DNA of 64,000 bases from a virus (taxonomy: Duplodnaviria > Caudoviricetes). Of the stretch, positions 38,624-48,381 are shown piece by piece. The notes beneath the pieces were generated by a model. It was not told the DNA's origin. It saw only the letters and a program-made list of their open reading frames with translations, and ran no database searches. The stretch's first letter is position 1; the number at the start of each line of letters is the position of its first letter. Both the position numbers and the translations under genes were made by a program. The DNA lies in the IMG/VR virus record IMGVR_UViG_2731957888_000002, positions 6,959 to 70,958 of that record; one strand, 5' to 3'.

Positions 38624-38983
38624 TCACGACTGCCCCTCCATCGCGACAACCACCCCCACCAGAGCGGTACACAGCGCCAGGTGCGGTGAAGTCCTGCCCT
38701 GACTGCCGCCGAAAAAATTTCCGACCCGGAGTGAGGCGCACCAGTCTGCGAGACCCATGGTCCCGCCCAGATCAAGATGAGCCCCAGGTATCACGGCCTC
38801 GATCAGCGCCAGCGTGTGCTGGGCGACTTCGAGCGGACGGAAATCGGATGAGTAGAGACCTGCCGGCTGGACGCCCTTGAGGCGCTGCGACAGCAGCCAT
38901 TGCATCTGGACGTCGATCGAATGCTGAGCGCCAGATGCCGCCTGCATCTTCGCCAAGAGGTCGCGGAGATCGTCACCGGCCAT
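38624..38983 (-). CDS. Hypothetical phage protein
   Basis: GGAGG RBS; ends in SPHLALCTAL. Confidence 0.6.
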   Translation of the reverse strand: MAGDDLRDLLAKMQAASGAQHSIDVQMQWLLSQRLKGVQPAGLYSSDFRPLEVAQHTLALIEAVIPGAHLDLGGTMGLADWCASLRVGNFFGGSQGRTSPHLALCTALVGVVVAMEGQS

Positions 38984-39140
38984 GCTCGACCTCCTGGGTG
39001 ATGAGGGCGGCGCGGTCCGCGGCGCGCTGCCGATCGGCTCGGATCCACGACGGCAGAGGGCGCCACGGCCGAAGCCGCCATCCCCGCTCGGCATCCCTCA
39101 GGCGCTCGCGGAAAACCCGCAGGTCGTCAGCTCTCGACAT
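38973..39140 (-). CDS. Small hypothetical protein
   Basis: AGGAG RBS; overlaps neighbours. Confidence 0.5.
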   Translation of the reverse strand: MSRADDLRVFRERLRDAERGWRLRPWRPLPSWIRADRQRAADRAALITQEVEHGR

Positions 39141-39678
39141 GAGGTGTCTCCTGGGTTGGGGTGAATGCGAGGCGATCGCGCCGATGTGCTTGAGCACTCG
39201 ACCAGATACGCGCGGCTGCGTCGCGTTGAATTCCGCAATCCAAAGCGCCCCTGTGAAAGTCCTGCATATTGAGAACACTTTTGCAGTAACGCTCAAACGC
39301 AGCGCTAATCTTTTTAGATCGATCACACTCTGCCTTGCGTTCCTCCTCAGCCTCCGCCCTCTTGCGCTCGCTTTCCGCGAGGGCGGTGCGGGCTTCGTCA
39401 CGCTCGCTCGTCAAGGCGGCGATCCGGCAGCCGGCCAACGCCAACTCTCCGCCGATCTCGGCGACAAGATCGCCGTTCTCGCGCATGTGCCGGGCGAAGC
39501 GGTCCGCGCGAGCCTCTTCCTCGCGCAGGCGCTCCCGAAGCCTCTCGTTCTCCGCCTGGACGGCGCCGATCTCGGCCCGGACGCGATCGACCTCCTCGGC
39601 GCAGGCGCTGGCCTGCGTCGCCATCTCGTCACGCTCCCGCGTCAGGCGGGCGATCTTCTCCTCGGCAGGCTCAGACAT
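39127..39678 (-). CDS. Coiled-coil hypothetical protein
   Basis: Repeated LTxERDE heptads. Confidence 0.6.
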   Translation of the reverse strand: MSEPAEEKIARLTRERDEMATQASACAEEVDRVRAEIGAVQAENERLRERLREEEARADRFARHMRENGDLVAEIGGELALAGCRIAALTSERDEARTALAESERKRAEAEEERKAECDRSKKISAAFERYCKSVLNMQDFHRGALDCGIQRDAAARIWSSAQAHRRDRLAFTPTQETPHVES

Positions 39679-39973
39679 CGTCGGTGGTGTCCTTGGGCTG
39701 GAGGGAGGCGATCCAAGACTTGGCGAGGGCCATTCCGGCATCGGTGAAGCCCCACGTCACGGTGTTCCCGAGCGTCTGGTCTTCACGAGGGATCGGCACT
39801 GTATAAAGGATGCCTCGGTCCACTAGAGGCTGCACTTCTCTGGCGTATGCCCATCCGTCGAGGGCATCGCTCGGCGCGTCTCTCAGGTATTCGTCGGATA
39901 GCTTGTAGGATACCTCCTTGATCACGGCCTCTCTAATGGTTCTGAGGTGGGCTTCTGCGCTGATGGTCGTCAT
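39671..39973 (-). CDS. Hypothetical protein
   Basis: GGAGGAGG RBS; coupled to upstream ORF. Confidence 0.6.
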   Translation of the reverse strand: MTTISAEAHLRTIREAVIKEVSYKLSDEYLRDAPSDALDGWAYAREVQPLVDRGILYTVPIPREDQTLGNTVTWGFTDAGMALAKSWIASLQPKDTTDDV

Positions 39974-40215
39974 CGTCCCTCCTCCTCTTTCTGGAGAGCG
40001 GCGCGGGCGGCGGACTTCAGCCGATCTTCGATCCACCGCGTCGTGCGCTTTATGGCTCGGTCGCGCTCGGCGCCCGACAGAAGACCATGCACCGACAGGC
40101 GGATGATGGCCTGGTTGAAGGCGTCGGCTGTAGCGGCATCCTCCGCCGAGAGGGCCGGCATCTGTTGCGCGAAGCTGGGCGCACCCCAGCCGAATTCGAT
40201 CGAGCGCTGTCCCAC
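39970..40215 (-). CDS. Hypothetical protein
   Basis: GGAGGG RBS, GTG start. Confidence 0.6.
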   Translation of the reverse strand: MGQRSIEFGWGAPSFAQQMPALSAEDAATADAFNQAIIRLSVHGLLSGAERDRAIKRTTRWIEDRLKSAARAALQKEEEGR

Positions 40216-40218
40216 GGC

Positions 40219-40902
40219 CTACCCCTCCCTCTGGGAAGGACGGGGAGCGGCGGCAATCATGGCAGCCCAGATGTCGTCCGATCCGACATCCTCCTCGTTA
40301 GCCCATCCGGCGGCGATCATCTCCGGCGTCGGTTCCCGAGGTAGGAGAACCCACCCCTCGGTCTCCCCTACCCCGCTCTCCTGAGACGAGGGGGGTTGGA
40401 CTGTGCTGGCGGGCGCCACGACGTATCCGGTGGTCACTTCGCACCACTGGACCGCGCTTGAGAGGGAGCGTCCCGCTCCGAGGCGATGCCGTTCACCCTC
40501 CGGCGAAATGGCATTGGCGTACCAGGGGCCGGATCGGCTGAACGCCTCCAGCAGCGCGACGACCATTCCGTCGATCAGCAGAGCGACCCGCAGGGCGTGA
40601 TCGTCCGTCGGATCCCACTCCTCCCAGCCGTCTCGCGAGAGGCCGGTCATGACCCTGGCCTCGACTTCGGGCGCCAGTTTTAGACCGTCCTCCCCCGTCT
40701 CCTTGATCACCCCATCCGGGGTGGGGGACTGCGACGGGTGCTTGCCCATGCGCAGCAGGATCATGTCGCACGCCTCACGCCAGATCTGGGCTGGGCTATC
40801 GCCTTCGTCCGGTGCATCGTCGGCCTCGCAGCGGACGCGGCGCACGATCTCGTCGGGGCCAAGGCCGATCCAGGCCTGCGAGCGCGGGTCGAACGTCGTC
40901 AT
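40219..40902 (-). CDS. Hypothetical phage protein
   Basis: C-terminal GWVLLPREPTPEMIAAG...WAAMIAAAP module common in phage early proteins. Confidence 0.7.
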   Translation of the reverse strand: MTTFDPRSQAWIGLGPDEIVRRVRCEADDAPDEGDSPAQIWREACDMILLRMGKHPSQSPTPDGVIKETGEDGLKLAPEVEARVMTGLSRDGWEEWDPTDDHALRVALLIDGMVVALLEAFSRSGPWYANAISPEGERHRLGAGRSLSSAVQWCEVTTGYVVAPASTVQPPSSQESGVGETEGWVLLPREPTPEMIAAGWANEEDVGSDDIWAAMIAAAPRPSQREG

Positions 40903-40905
40903 CTC

Positions 40906-41631
40906 TCACTCCTGGTCCTGGGGATTGGTGGCGTCGGCGGCGGAGCGCTCTACGAGGCGGCCGGAGCGGAAGGCGTTGACGAGGGCGACGATGAATTCGG
41001 CGTTGGCCTTCGACACCGCGTCCCAGGCGTGGAAGCCGTCCTCGTGGCCCTCTTCTTCGATCTCAGCGATGGTGCTGTTCGATCCTTCGAAGATGACGCC
41101 CGGCTTGCCGTGCCTAATCTCGTCCGTGCAGATGACCGCCGTGTGGTAGCCTTCCGAGCAGTCCTCGCCGGAGCCGTAGCTGCCGTCGGTCCTCTCGCTC
41201 TCAACGTGCCACTCGCCCTGCGTCGCCTTCTTCGACAGCGCCGCCAGGTCCCCAGCCCCCTCACCCCGGCCAGCCGTGCTGATGTGGGAGATGGTCGGGA
41301 GCAGTTCGTGGAACTGCCGAGCGTCGGTGATCGCGCGGGCAAGGCTCTCGCCAAGGTCATTATTCCCGACGAGCTTCGAGAGGCGATCCAAGTCGAGCGG
41401 CGTCGAGTAGGCGTGCGGAAGCTCCACCTCTCCCGGAGTGGAGAATGGGGGCTGGGGCACGGCTGGCACCGCGAACGGCCACGAGGTCTCGCGGCTCTCG
41501 CCCGGGCGGGCCGGGATCGTGCGCCGGCCGCCGCAAGTCGTGCAGCAGTCCTTCAGGTTGTTGCGCCCGCCGCCGGGCGTCATGTTGCCGGTGGCGGCGC
41601 AGGTCGGGCACGGGACTTCGATGTCGGGCAT
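40906..41631 (-). CDS. Ead/Ea22-like phage protein with N-terminal Zn finger
   Basis: CPTC..TG...CTTCGG; L..KATQGEW...NAEFIVAL. Confidence 0.65.
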   Translation of the reverse strand: MPDIEVPCPTCAATGNMTPGGGRNNLKDCCTTCGGRRTIPARPGESRETSWPFAVPAVPQPPFSTPGEVELPHAYSTPLDLDRLSKLVGNNDLGESLARAITDARQFHELLPTISHISTAGRGEGAGDLAALSKKATQGEWHVESERTDGSYGSGEDCSEGYHTAVICTDEIRHGKPGVIFEGSNSTIAEIEEEGHEDGFHAWDAVSKANAEFIVALVNAFRSGRLVERSAADATNPQDQE

Positions 41632-41640
41632 GGCGCAGCC

Positions 41641-42960
41641 TCAGGTCAGCAGGGGTTGCACGGAGCCGTCCGGGTAGACGGCATCCAGCGGCACATCGCC
41701 GGTCGGCTCGTCGCCGGACCACTTGTCCGGCCAGGTCCCGGCGGCGATTAGGGCGCGGATCCGCGCTTCCTCCTCGGCGTTCAGGATGTCGACGGACGGC
41801 CAGCTGCCGGCCACCGCCGCGGCGTTCACCTCGGCCTGGATGCTAAGGATCTCCTCGAGCACGGCGAGGCGCACCGGCAGCGTGATCGGGCCAAGTCGCT
41901 GCGGGTTCTTGGCCGTCTTCCCGTTCTTCAGGACCTCGGCGCCGGGCTTGCGCAGCCGGTTCGCCGGCAGACGCAGGCGGCGGTAGATCTCGCGCAGGCG
42001 CTTCAGCGGAGCGAGGTATGACCAGGACGGGTGCCGGATGATCTTGTCGAGCGCCCGGTCGTTACTCGCGAGCGGGCAGCACAGGCAACCGGTACGTGCT
42101 GCCAGTTCCTCGGCCTCGTCGCCACCATAGGCGTCGGCCACCATCGCGGTCGACCAGCCGCCGTACTGCTCGGCCGGCGCGTAGATCCGCAGCCAGTCCC
42201 AGACGTGGCAGACCCGCCAGTGCAGGAGCGGCGCCAAGGTGAAGATGCGCCCGCGGACGCCCTTCGCCTCCGGGACGGCCAACTGGTACCAGCCCTGCCC
42301 GCACTCGGCGCCGTCGCGTCCGCACGACATCTCGATGCGCCGGTCACGGATTGCGCTCTCGCCCTGGCGCACGCCGGTGATCATCAGCACCGTGTCGCGG
42401 GTTTCGGCCGCCTGATCCTCCGGGCCATCGGCGAGCACCGGGCCGCCGTTGTGGCCGATCATCTCGGCCATGGCCTCGGCGAGGTCCGGGTCGTCCCGGC
42501 CGTCGAGGTCGGCGGCGATCGCGGCCGCCATCGGGTCGACCTTGATCTGCCGGGTGCACCAGCGGAGCGTGTTGTTGTTCGGCGGCGGGACGCCGCGGCC
42601 GAGGATGTAGACGAGGAACCGCTTGTCGAGCGGCGCGGTCACCACCCGGACGCGGATCCAGGGGAAGCGCGCAAGCTGCCGCATCGTCTCGGCAGCGGCG
42701 ATCGCGAGAGGCACGAGCTCCATGCGCGTGTCGGCATAGTAGACCGTCAGCGTCTCGGGCCGCGGCAGCTGCCCGCTCTCGATCAGGTGGATGAGCAGCG
42801 TCAGGGTGGCGGTCGAGTCCTTCCCGCCCGACCAGGCCACGGCCCAGTGCCGGTGCAGAGGGCCGTAGGAGCGGAGCGACGCCAGGGTGAGATCCAGGGC
42901 CTCGCTGTAGACGAGCCGGTCGGCACCGGCCGCGAAGAGGTCGAGTGCGACGGCTGCCAT
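41641..42960 (-). CDS. PAPS reductase family protein, DndC-like
   Basis: PP-loop SGGKDS, LGRGVPPP...RWCT..IKVDP, GVR.GES..R, RTGCLCCP. Confidence 0.88.
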   Translation of the reverse strand: MAAVALDLFAAGADRLVYSEALDLTLASLRSYGPLHRHWAVAWSGGKDSTATLTLLIHLIESGQLPRPETLTVYYADTRMELVPLAIAAAETMRQLARFPWIRVRVVTAPLDKRFLVYILGRGVPPPNNNTLRWCTRQIKVDPMAAAIAADLDGRDDPDLAEAMAEMIGHNGGPVLADGPEDQAAETRDTVLMITGVRQGESAIRDRRIEMSCGRDGAECGQGWYQLAVPEAKGVRGRIFTLAPLLHWRVCHVWDWLRIYAPAEQYGGWSTAMVADAYGGDEAEELAARTGCLCCPLASNDRALDKIIRHPSWSYLAPLKRLREIYRRLRLPANRLRKPGAEVLKNGKTAKNPQRLGPITLPVRLAVLEEILSIQAEVNAAAVAGSWPSVDILNAEEEARIRALIAAGTWPDKWSGDEPTGDVPLDAVYPDGSVQPLLT

Positions 42961-43003
42961 CACGGCTGCTCCGGCAAGCTGTCGAGGGTGGCGGGGGTGG
43001 TCA

Positions 43004-43432
43004 TCAGTTTTGCTCCATGCTGTCGTGGGTGGCTGGGCGAGGACGCGGCGCGGGGCGCTCGATGCGCCCGCGCCTCGGCGACGAGGGCGGCGACGATCTG
43101 CTCGGCGGTGACAGGCCCCAGCGCGCGAGGATCTTGGCAAGGGGTTCGCCGGTCTCAGCCGCCTCGGCTTTGGCCTGGGCGCGCAGGGACCGCGCCTTAT
43201 GACGGCGGGCATCCTGCGCGCGGGCCCGCTCGGGATCGGCCTTGCGGTACTCGGCGGTCGCTGCGGCGGCGCGCTTGCGGCGCGCCGCGACGTCAAGGGT
43301 GCTCTCGGTGGTCGTGAAGCGGTGCCCGCAGGTCGCGTCGGTACAGATCCGACGGCGGCGAATAACCGTGCCGCCCGCCTCGGGACGGCTGTCGACGACC
43401 TTCGTATCGGCCTTGCAGCGCGGACAGATCAT
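43004..43432 (-). CDS. NrdR-like N-terminal Zn ribbon protein (no ATP-cone)
   Basis: [14 protein letters not shown]...IRRRRIC...CGHRFTT.E. Confidence 0.8.
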   Translation of the reverse strand: MICPRCKADTKVVDSRPEAGGTVIRRRRICTDATCGHRFTTTESTLDVAARRKRAAAATAEYRKADPERARAQDARRHKARSLRAQAKAEAAETGEPLAKILARWGLSPPSRSSPPSSPRRGRIERPAPRPRPATHDSMEQN

Positions 43433-43442
43433 CGCGCGGCCC

Positions 43443-43893
43443 TCACGACCGGACGATGGTCACGCGCTCGGCCGCGCGCGTGACCGCCGTGTAGAGCCAG
43501 CGCCAGGCGTTCTCGCGAAAGGCGGACGCCTCGTCGAACACGACGAGGTCGTCCCATTGCGAGCCCTGCGCCTTGTGGGTCGTGATCGCGTAGCCGTACG
43601 TGAACTCGTCGGTGCCGCGCCGGAGCTCGAACGGGATCTCGGCCTCGTCCCCGGTGAAGAACCCCGGCAGGATGTTGAGGCGGGTCGGCTTGGCCTCGAC
43701 CGTGTCCTCGGACGTCGCCGCGATCTCGATCGGGTCCGATCCGAAACGCGAGACCTCCTGCGCGGTCCAGAGGCCCCCGTTCAGGAGCTTCTTCGTCCGG
43801 TTGTTGCGCAGACAGATCAGCTTGTCGCCCGGGACCGGAGCCAACCGGCAGTCGAATCGAAAGTGCTCGCCACTGGCGCAACAGCGGATGCAT
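43443..43893 (-). pseudogene. C-terminal fragment of a RecD/Dda-like SF1 helicase
   Basis: GDKLICLRNN, YGYAITTHKAQGSQW, LYTAVTRA; no Walker A domain; the RBS-preceded ATG at 43893 is out of frame. Confidence 0.75.
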
Positions 43894-43973
43894 CGCGCGG
43901 CTCCTCTCGCTTTATCGGGGGTCCAGATCGGGGCCGGGCCTGGAAGCCCGGCCCTGCGGGTCAGGCGGCCGGG

Positions 43974-45365
43974 TCAGTCCTTGTAGGGGTCGAACTCGCC
44001 CTCGCCGGCCATGGCGACCGCGAAGGGGCGAAGGGTGTGAAGGACCCGGATCGTGCCCTCGTGCTCGGCCAGCACGTCGGGGAGACGGCGGTAGGCTTGA
44101 GGCGCCTCGTCGATCTCGCCGCCGCGCAGGATCACGCCGCGCTCGCGGATCCAGGCCTGCCAATCGTCGTGGCGGACGCGACCGGGCTGGCGGATCTTCT
44201 TGCCGTGCTCGTCCCTCACGAAGCGACCGCGCGCTTCGGTGCGCGACATGATCCGGCCGGCGCCGTGGACCGTCGAATAGAGGCTGTCGCGGGAGCGCTC
44301 GCTCTCGACGCCCTCAAGGATCACCGCGTTGTCACCCATCGAGCCGCCGACGAACCCGCGCTGGCCAGGAAAGGCCGGCGTCGCGCCCTTGCGCACCACC
44401 CAGAGGTCCCGGTCGCCGTGGCGCTCGCGCCAGGCCCAGTTGTGGTGGTTGTGGACCGTGTCGGTGATCGTGCCGCCGATGATGCGCCGGACCTGCTCGA
44501 CGACCCACTCGCGGCCCGCGTAGGCGTACTGCCCGGCGAGATCGATGCCGGCGATGTAGCTGCGGCCGATGTCGTGGCCGATCGGCACGAGCGCCGGGTC
44601 GACCTCCATGCCGTCCTTCGCGCCGACCAGCTTCAGGTGTTGGGTCGTGATCGAATGCCCGAGGCCGCGCGAACCGAAGTGGACCCCGATCCAGACGAAG
44701 CCGGCTTCGTCCTCGAACAGATCGACGTAGTGGTTGCCCGAGCCGACGGTGCCGAGCTGATCATGCGCCTTGCCCTTCAGCGGCATCGCGCCGATCACAT
44801 CGCCCCAGAGCGACGAGTAGAACAGGTCGTGGTCGACCTTGGTGCCGTTCTTCTGGCCGACGCCGAAGCTGATGACCTTGCCGAGGTCCGCGAGGATCGT
44901 CGCGGCTCGATCGCGCACCTCGGCGTAGGGCACGTCGAGCCGCACCGCCATGTTCCCGCACGCGATGTCAAAGCCGACGCCGCTGATGCTGATGTGGTCC
45001 TCGTAAGCGATGACGCCGCCGATCGGGTGGCCGTAGCCGAGATGGCCATCGGCGCAGAGGACACCCTTCACGGCGCTGCCGAACGCCATGCAGCGGTCGA
45101 TCTGCCCGAGCGTTCTGGCGTCGTGTTCGCCGTAGACCGTCACCGGCGGATCGGAAACAGAAAGGTCAGACCGGCGCTCGATGCCGAACGTCGACGCGGG
45201 CGCGGCCTGTGCGGCAGGACGGTCCTCGCTCATCGTGCGGAGGGCCGCCTGGATATCCTCCTCGCGCGCACCTGCGGCCTCCATCTCGATCGCCTTGGCG
45301 ATGCCTGCCTTGAACCAGGAGCCGGGCGCGAAGCCCCACGCCTTGAGGGTGTTTCCGTCGATCAT
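43974..45365 (-). CDS. rtcB: RtcB family RNA 3'-phosphate/5'-OH ligase
   Basis: D.H.GYG.PIGG, VGFDIACG, LGTVGSGNHY, HFGSRGLGH, HHN, RKGAT, GSMG, HGAGR.MSR, DEAPQAY. Confidence 0.95.
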   Translation of the reverse strand: MIDGNTLKAWGFAPGSWFKAGIAKAIEMEAAGAREEDIQAALRTMSEDRPAAQAAPASTFGIERRSDLSVSDPPVTVYGEHDARTLGQIDRCMAFGSAVKGVLCADGHLGYGHPIGGVIAYEDHISISGVGFDIACGNMAVRLDVPYAEVRDRAATILADLGKVISFGVGQKNGTKVDHDLFYSSLWGDVIGAMPLKGKAHDQLGTVGSGNHYVDLFEDEAGFVWIGVHFGSRGLGHSITTQHLKLVGAKDGMEVDPALVPIGHDIGRSYIAGIDLAGQYAYAGREWVVEQVRRIIGGTITDTVHNHHNWAWRERHGDRDLWVVRKGATPAFPGQRGFVGGSMGDNAVILEGVESERSRDSLYSTVHGAGRIMSRTEARGRFVRDEHGKKIRQPGRVRHDDWQAWIRERGVILRGGEIDEAPQAYRRLPDVLAEHEGTIRVLHTLRPFAVAMAGEGEFDPYKD

Positions 45366-45424
45366 CTGTGGTCCCCGTCGGTTGGCACGCCCCGACCCAT
45401 CGCGGGCCGGGGCGCTGCGGCAGA

Positions 45425-45844
45425 TCAGGCGGCGCGCCGGCGCTGGCCGAGGCCGGTGCTCTTCGCGAGCTCGGAGCGCTGGGCGGCATAGGTCGCGGCG
45501 ACCATCGGATAGTCGTGCGGCAGGCCCCACTTCACCCGGTACTGTTCGGGTGTCAGTCCGCGGGTCGACAGGTGGCGCTTCAGCGACTTGTAGTGCTTCC
45601 CGTCTTCCAGGCTGATCAGGTAGTCCGGGGTGACCGTCTTCTTGATCGGGACGATCGGCGTCGGCTTCTCGACCTCGGGCTCCGGCGGCTTGGTGAGGTC
45701 GGCCAGGGAGGCGTAGACCGACGCGATCAGGGCCGGGAGGTCGGCCACCGGCACCGCGTTGTTCGAGACGAACGCGGAGACGATCGCCGCGGTGTGGTCG
45801 ACCGGCGACAGGGCAAGGTCGAGGTCTTCGGTCTGATGGGTCAT
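45425..45844 (-). CDS. mucR: MucR/Ros family transcriptional regulator
   Basis: TA.IVSAFVSNN, LEDGK.YKSLKRHL, LTPEQYR.KWGLP.DYPMVA..Y...RSELAK..GLG. Confidence 0.95.
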   Translation of the reverse strand: MTHQTEDLDLALSPVDHTAAIVSAFVSNNAVPVADLPALIASVYASLADLTKPPEPEVEKPTPIVPIKKTVTPDYLISLEDGKHYKSLKRHLSTRGLTPEQYRVKWGLPHDYPMVAATYAAQRSELAKSTGLGQRRRAA

Positions 45845-45897
45845 CGGTGTCTTCTCCTTCGGGGGTGCCGCGCATCGGGCGGCGGGCCACGGCGCCG

Positions 45898-46788
45898 CTA
45901 CGGCGTCGGGATTTCGGGGCGGCAGGCCTTACGGTCCTGCCGGCGCTTGGCAGCGTCGCGCTGCATCGCGTCCATCAGGATCGCGACGACCGGGTGCAGC
46001 GGACGCCAGCGTGTCGGGAAGTCGGTCGCATCGGCGACCGCCTGGACGACGGCGACGGCGTGGAGGACGGTCGTGTGGTCGATCCCGAGCTCGGTGCCGA
46101 CGCGGGTTGGCGGGAACCCGCGGTGCGCGACGGCGAGCCAGCACAGGACCTGCCGGGCGCGGACGAAATCAGGGTGGCGCGGTTGGCCGTCGGCCTCGGT
46201 CTTCATCTCCGCGAGCCCGACACCGGACCCGAGCTTCACCGCCTTCGCCAGCGGGACCAGGAAGTTTGCCCGCAGCCCTCGCTTCGCCCGCTTCCGTCGG
46301 GCGTTGCGCAGGCGACTCCTCTTGCGCATCCCGGCCAGGTACCGCGCGTAATCCTTGTCCGAGAGCCGGAGCTTGCCGACGTACTCCTCACTCAACTTGA
46401 GGCGGCGAGCGATCTCCCGGACCGGGATCTTCTTCTCCAAGAGCAAGCGAACCTCGGCCTGCTTGGCGCGGCGGTCCTCCTCCCGGGCAGAGAGCATCGC
46501 CGCGGCAGCCGTGCCGGACAGGCCGCGCCCCGCGCGCTTGGCGGCCGTGATCCCGAAGCCCACCTCGGCCGCTGCCGCCTCGAGCGAATGGCCCTCGGCG
46601 ACCCGCTGTCGGACGAGCGCCTTCTGCTCGGCGCTCATCCGCCGGCCGTATGGGCTGGTCTTCACGGGCGCCTTGTCCTCGACTGCCACAAGCTGCGGCG
46701 GCCGGACGAGCGCGATGTCGACGATGGGGGCGGCCGGCCGGGCCCGGGTCTGCGGGCGCGGCATCGCGGCGGTGTGGAATCCGGCCAT
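45898..46788 (-). CDS. HTH protein with DnaA C-terminal-like domain
   Basis: VRARQV..WL.......VG..LG.DHTTVLHAV, plus an upstream HTH. Confidence 0.75.
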   Translation of the reverse strand: MAGFHTAAMPRPQTRARPAAPIVDIALVRPPQLVAVEDKAPVKTSPYGRRMSAEQKALVRQRVAEGHSLEAAAAEVGFGITAAKRAGRGLSGTAAAAMLSAREEDRRAKQAEVRLLLEKKIPVREIARRLKLSEEYVGKLRLSDKDYARYLAGMRKRSRLRNARRKRAKRGLRANFLVPLAKAVKLGSGVGLAEMKTEADGQPRHPDFVRARQVLCWLAVAHRGFPPTRVGTELGIDHTTVLHAVAVVQAVADATDFPTRWRPLHPVVAILMDAMQRDAAKRRQDRKACRPEIPTP

Positions 46789-46789
46789 G

Positions 46790-47209
46790 TTACGCCTCCG
46801 CCTTCGTGAAGATGCGGGCGTAGATCCGACACAGCAGCGCGTCGGATGCCTTCGGGAGCGCCAGGCCCGCGTCGAGCCTAGTGACGATCAGGTCCAGGGC
46901 CCCGTGCTCCCACGCCGAGAGGAGCGAGGCGGCGCGATTCGACGTGCGGATCTCACGCGCCATCGCACGGGCGGTCGCGGGCGAAAGCGATGAGGCGGAC
47001 TTCGGGCTCTCGCTCGGCCGCGTCGCGGGCCGCGGCGGGGGCGCCGGTTGCGCCCCGCCGTCGACGAGCGCGGCGAGATCGTGCAGCGTCCGGCCGCGTG
47101 CCTCGAGCTTGCGGGCGATGGCGCGGGCGGCGGCCAGGGCTTCACCGTCGAGGGGGCTGCCGAGGAGCGGGATGAGCTTCGCGATGTCGGCGCGGGCGTC
47201 GGGGCTCAT
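46790..47209 (-). CDS. Hypothetical phage protein
   Basis: KLIPLLGS..DGEA.AAARAI.R.L...G...HDLA; ATGA-coupled. Confidence 0.7.
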   Translation of the reverse strand: MSPDARADIAKLIPLLGSPLDGEALAAARAIARKLEARGRTLHDLAALVDGGAQPAPPPRPATRPSESPKSASSLSPATARAMAREIRTSNRAASLLSAWEHGALDLIVTRLDAGLALPKASDALLCRIYARIFTKAEA

Positions 47210-47529
47210 GCCGCCGCTCCCGTCTTGATGGGCGGCGCCCGGTACTGCGTCGCCCAGGCGCGGACATCGGCATAGGTGGTCCCGGTCAGCAGGACCCACG
47301 CCTCCCGGCACTCTTCCAGGCTGAACGACGCGGGGTCGGCCTCCTCGCAGTGGAGCCCCATGTAGTCGGCGAGGTAGCGCAGGACGCGGGACCGGGCGCC
47401 TCTGCGCACGGTCTCGAGGTCGGGGTCGTCCGGGCTCATCCCGTCGGTGGCGCTCTGCCAGATCGGGGCGATCCGGCGCTCCTCGAGCAGCTTCCGGGAG
47501 CCGGTCAGGTCAGGATCACGGTCGCGCAT
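47206..47529 (-). CDS. Hypothetical phage protein
   Basis: GGAGG RBS; coupled to both neighbours. Confidence 0.65.
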   Translation of the reverse strand: MRDRDPDLTGSRKLLEERRIAPIWQSATDGMSPDDPDLETVRRGARSRVLRYLADYMGLHCEEADPASFSLEECREAWVLLTGTTYADVRAWATQYRAPPIKTGAAA

Positions 47530-48380
47530 CAGCGGCGTCCTCCGTCGTCGAGCAAGCCCTGCTGGCGGGCGAGGCGGGTCAGGTCGCGGCGCCGCTTCTC
47601 GGCGGCGGCGAGCACCACGTCGGTCAGGGTCACGCCACCGGTGATCTCGGACGCGACCTGCTGCCGGATGACCTCGTGCACGGCCCGGGTCGGGCTCTCG
47701 TGGGGCCCGAGCCCAGCGAGCGCCGCACGGCACCGCTCCCAGAGGCCCGGAGGAGCTTCGGCCGCATCGGCCGCCGGCGCGGCCGGCGCGCGGGCGATGG
47801 CTGCTTCCATCTCGGCGAGCCGCTCGGCGCCCTTCTGCGATCCGCGGGCGGCGAGCACGTCGGCCGGAATCGACACGTCGTCCCGGCACAGGCCGGTGGC
47901 GATCAGGAGCGCGCCGCGGCGGCGGCGGGTCTTCTCGGTGTTCGGGTTGAGCCCGGCGGCCTTGCAGGCGCCGGAGAAGCTGCGGCGCTGCTCGATGCAG
48001 GCGCACCAGAGTTGCAGCGCCCGCGCCTCGCGCTCGGACCCGACGTAGCGCGAGAGCCACATCAGGACGTCCTCGACGAACGACACCTGCGCGGCCGTCA
48101 CCCGCCCTTGCGCGACCGCGGCGCCCGACTGCCCCGGCCAGTTGGCGCGGTCGCCCTTCGGGCCGACGCGCCCGCCGATCGTGCGCAGCAGGTCGTGGGC
48201 CTGCTCCAGCGCGAAGTCGACGTCGGCGCTGTCCCACCCGCGGGTGGGATGGTCGATCACGTGCACGGCGAGCCAGGCCCGGCCGATCGGGTCGTCGAGG
48301 AGGTGCTTGGGCACCGCCCGCCCCTCCCCCTCATCGGGAGGGGTTGCGGCGCGTGACAGAACAGCGTCCGGGCGTGACAT
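47529..48380 (-). CDS. Hypothetical protein, possible late transcription regulator
   Basis: Follows replication genes; W...V...L..A...L, WP and an HTH-like segment. Function inferred from position only. Confidence 0.55.
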   Translation of the reverse strand: MSRPDAVLSRAATPPDEGEGRAVPKHLLDDPIGRAWLAVHVIDHPTRGWDSADVDFALEQAHDLLRTIGGRVGPKGDRANWPGQSGAAVAQGRVTAAQVSFVEDVLMWLSRYVGSEREARALQLWCACIEQRRSFSGACKAAGLNPNTEKTRRRRGALLIATGLCRDDVSIPADVLAARGSQKGAERLAEMEAAIARAPAAPAADAAEAPPGLWERCRAALAGLGPHESPTRAVHEVIRQQVASEITGGVTLTDVVLAAAEKRRRDLTRLARQQGLLDDGGRR

Positions 48381-48381
48381 C

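Noticed and set aside
41641-42960. Complete Dnd phosphorothioation system
   Set aside because: No dndA/B/D/E or ssp genes visible in the window.
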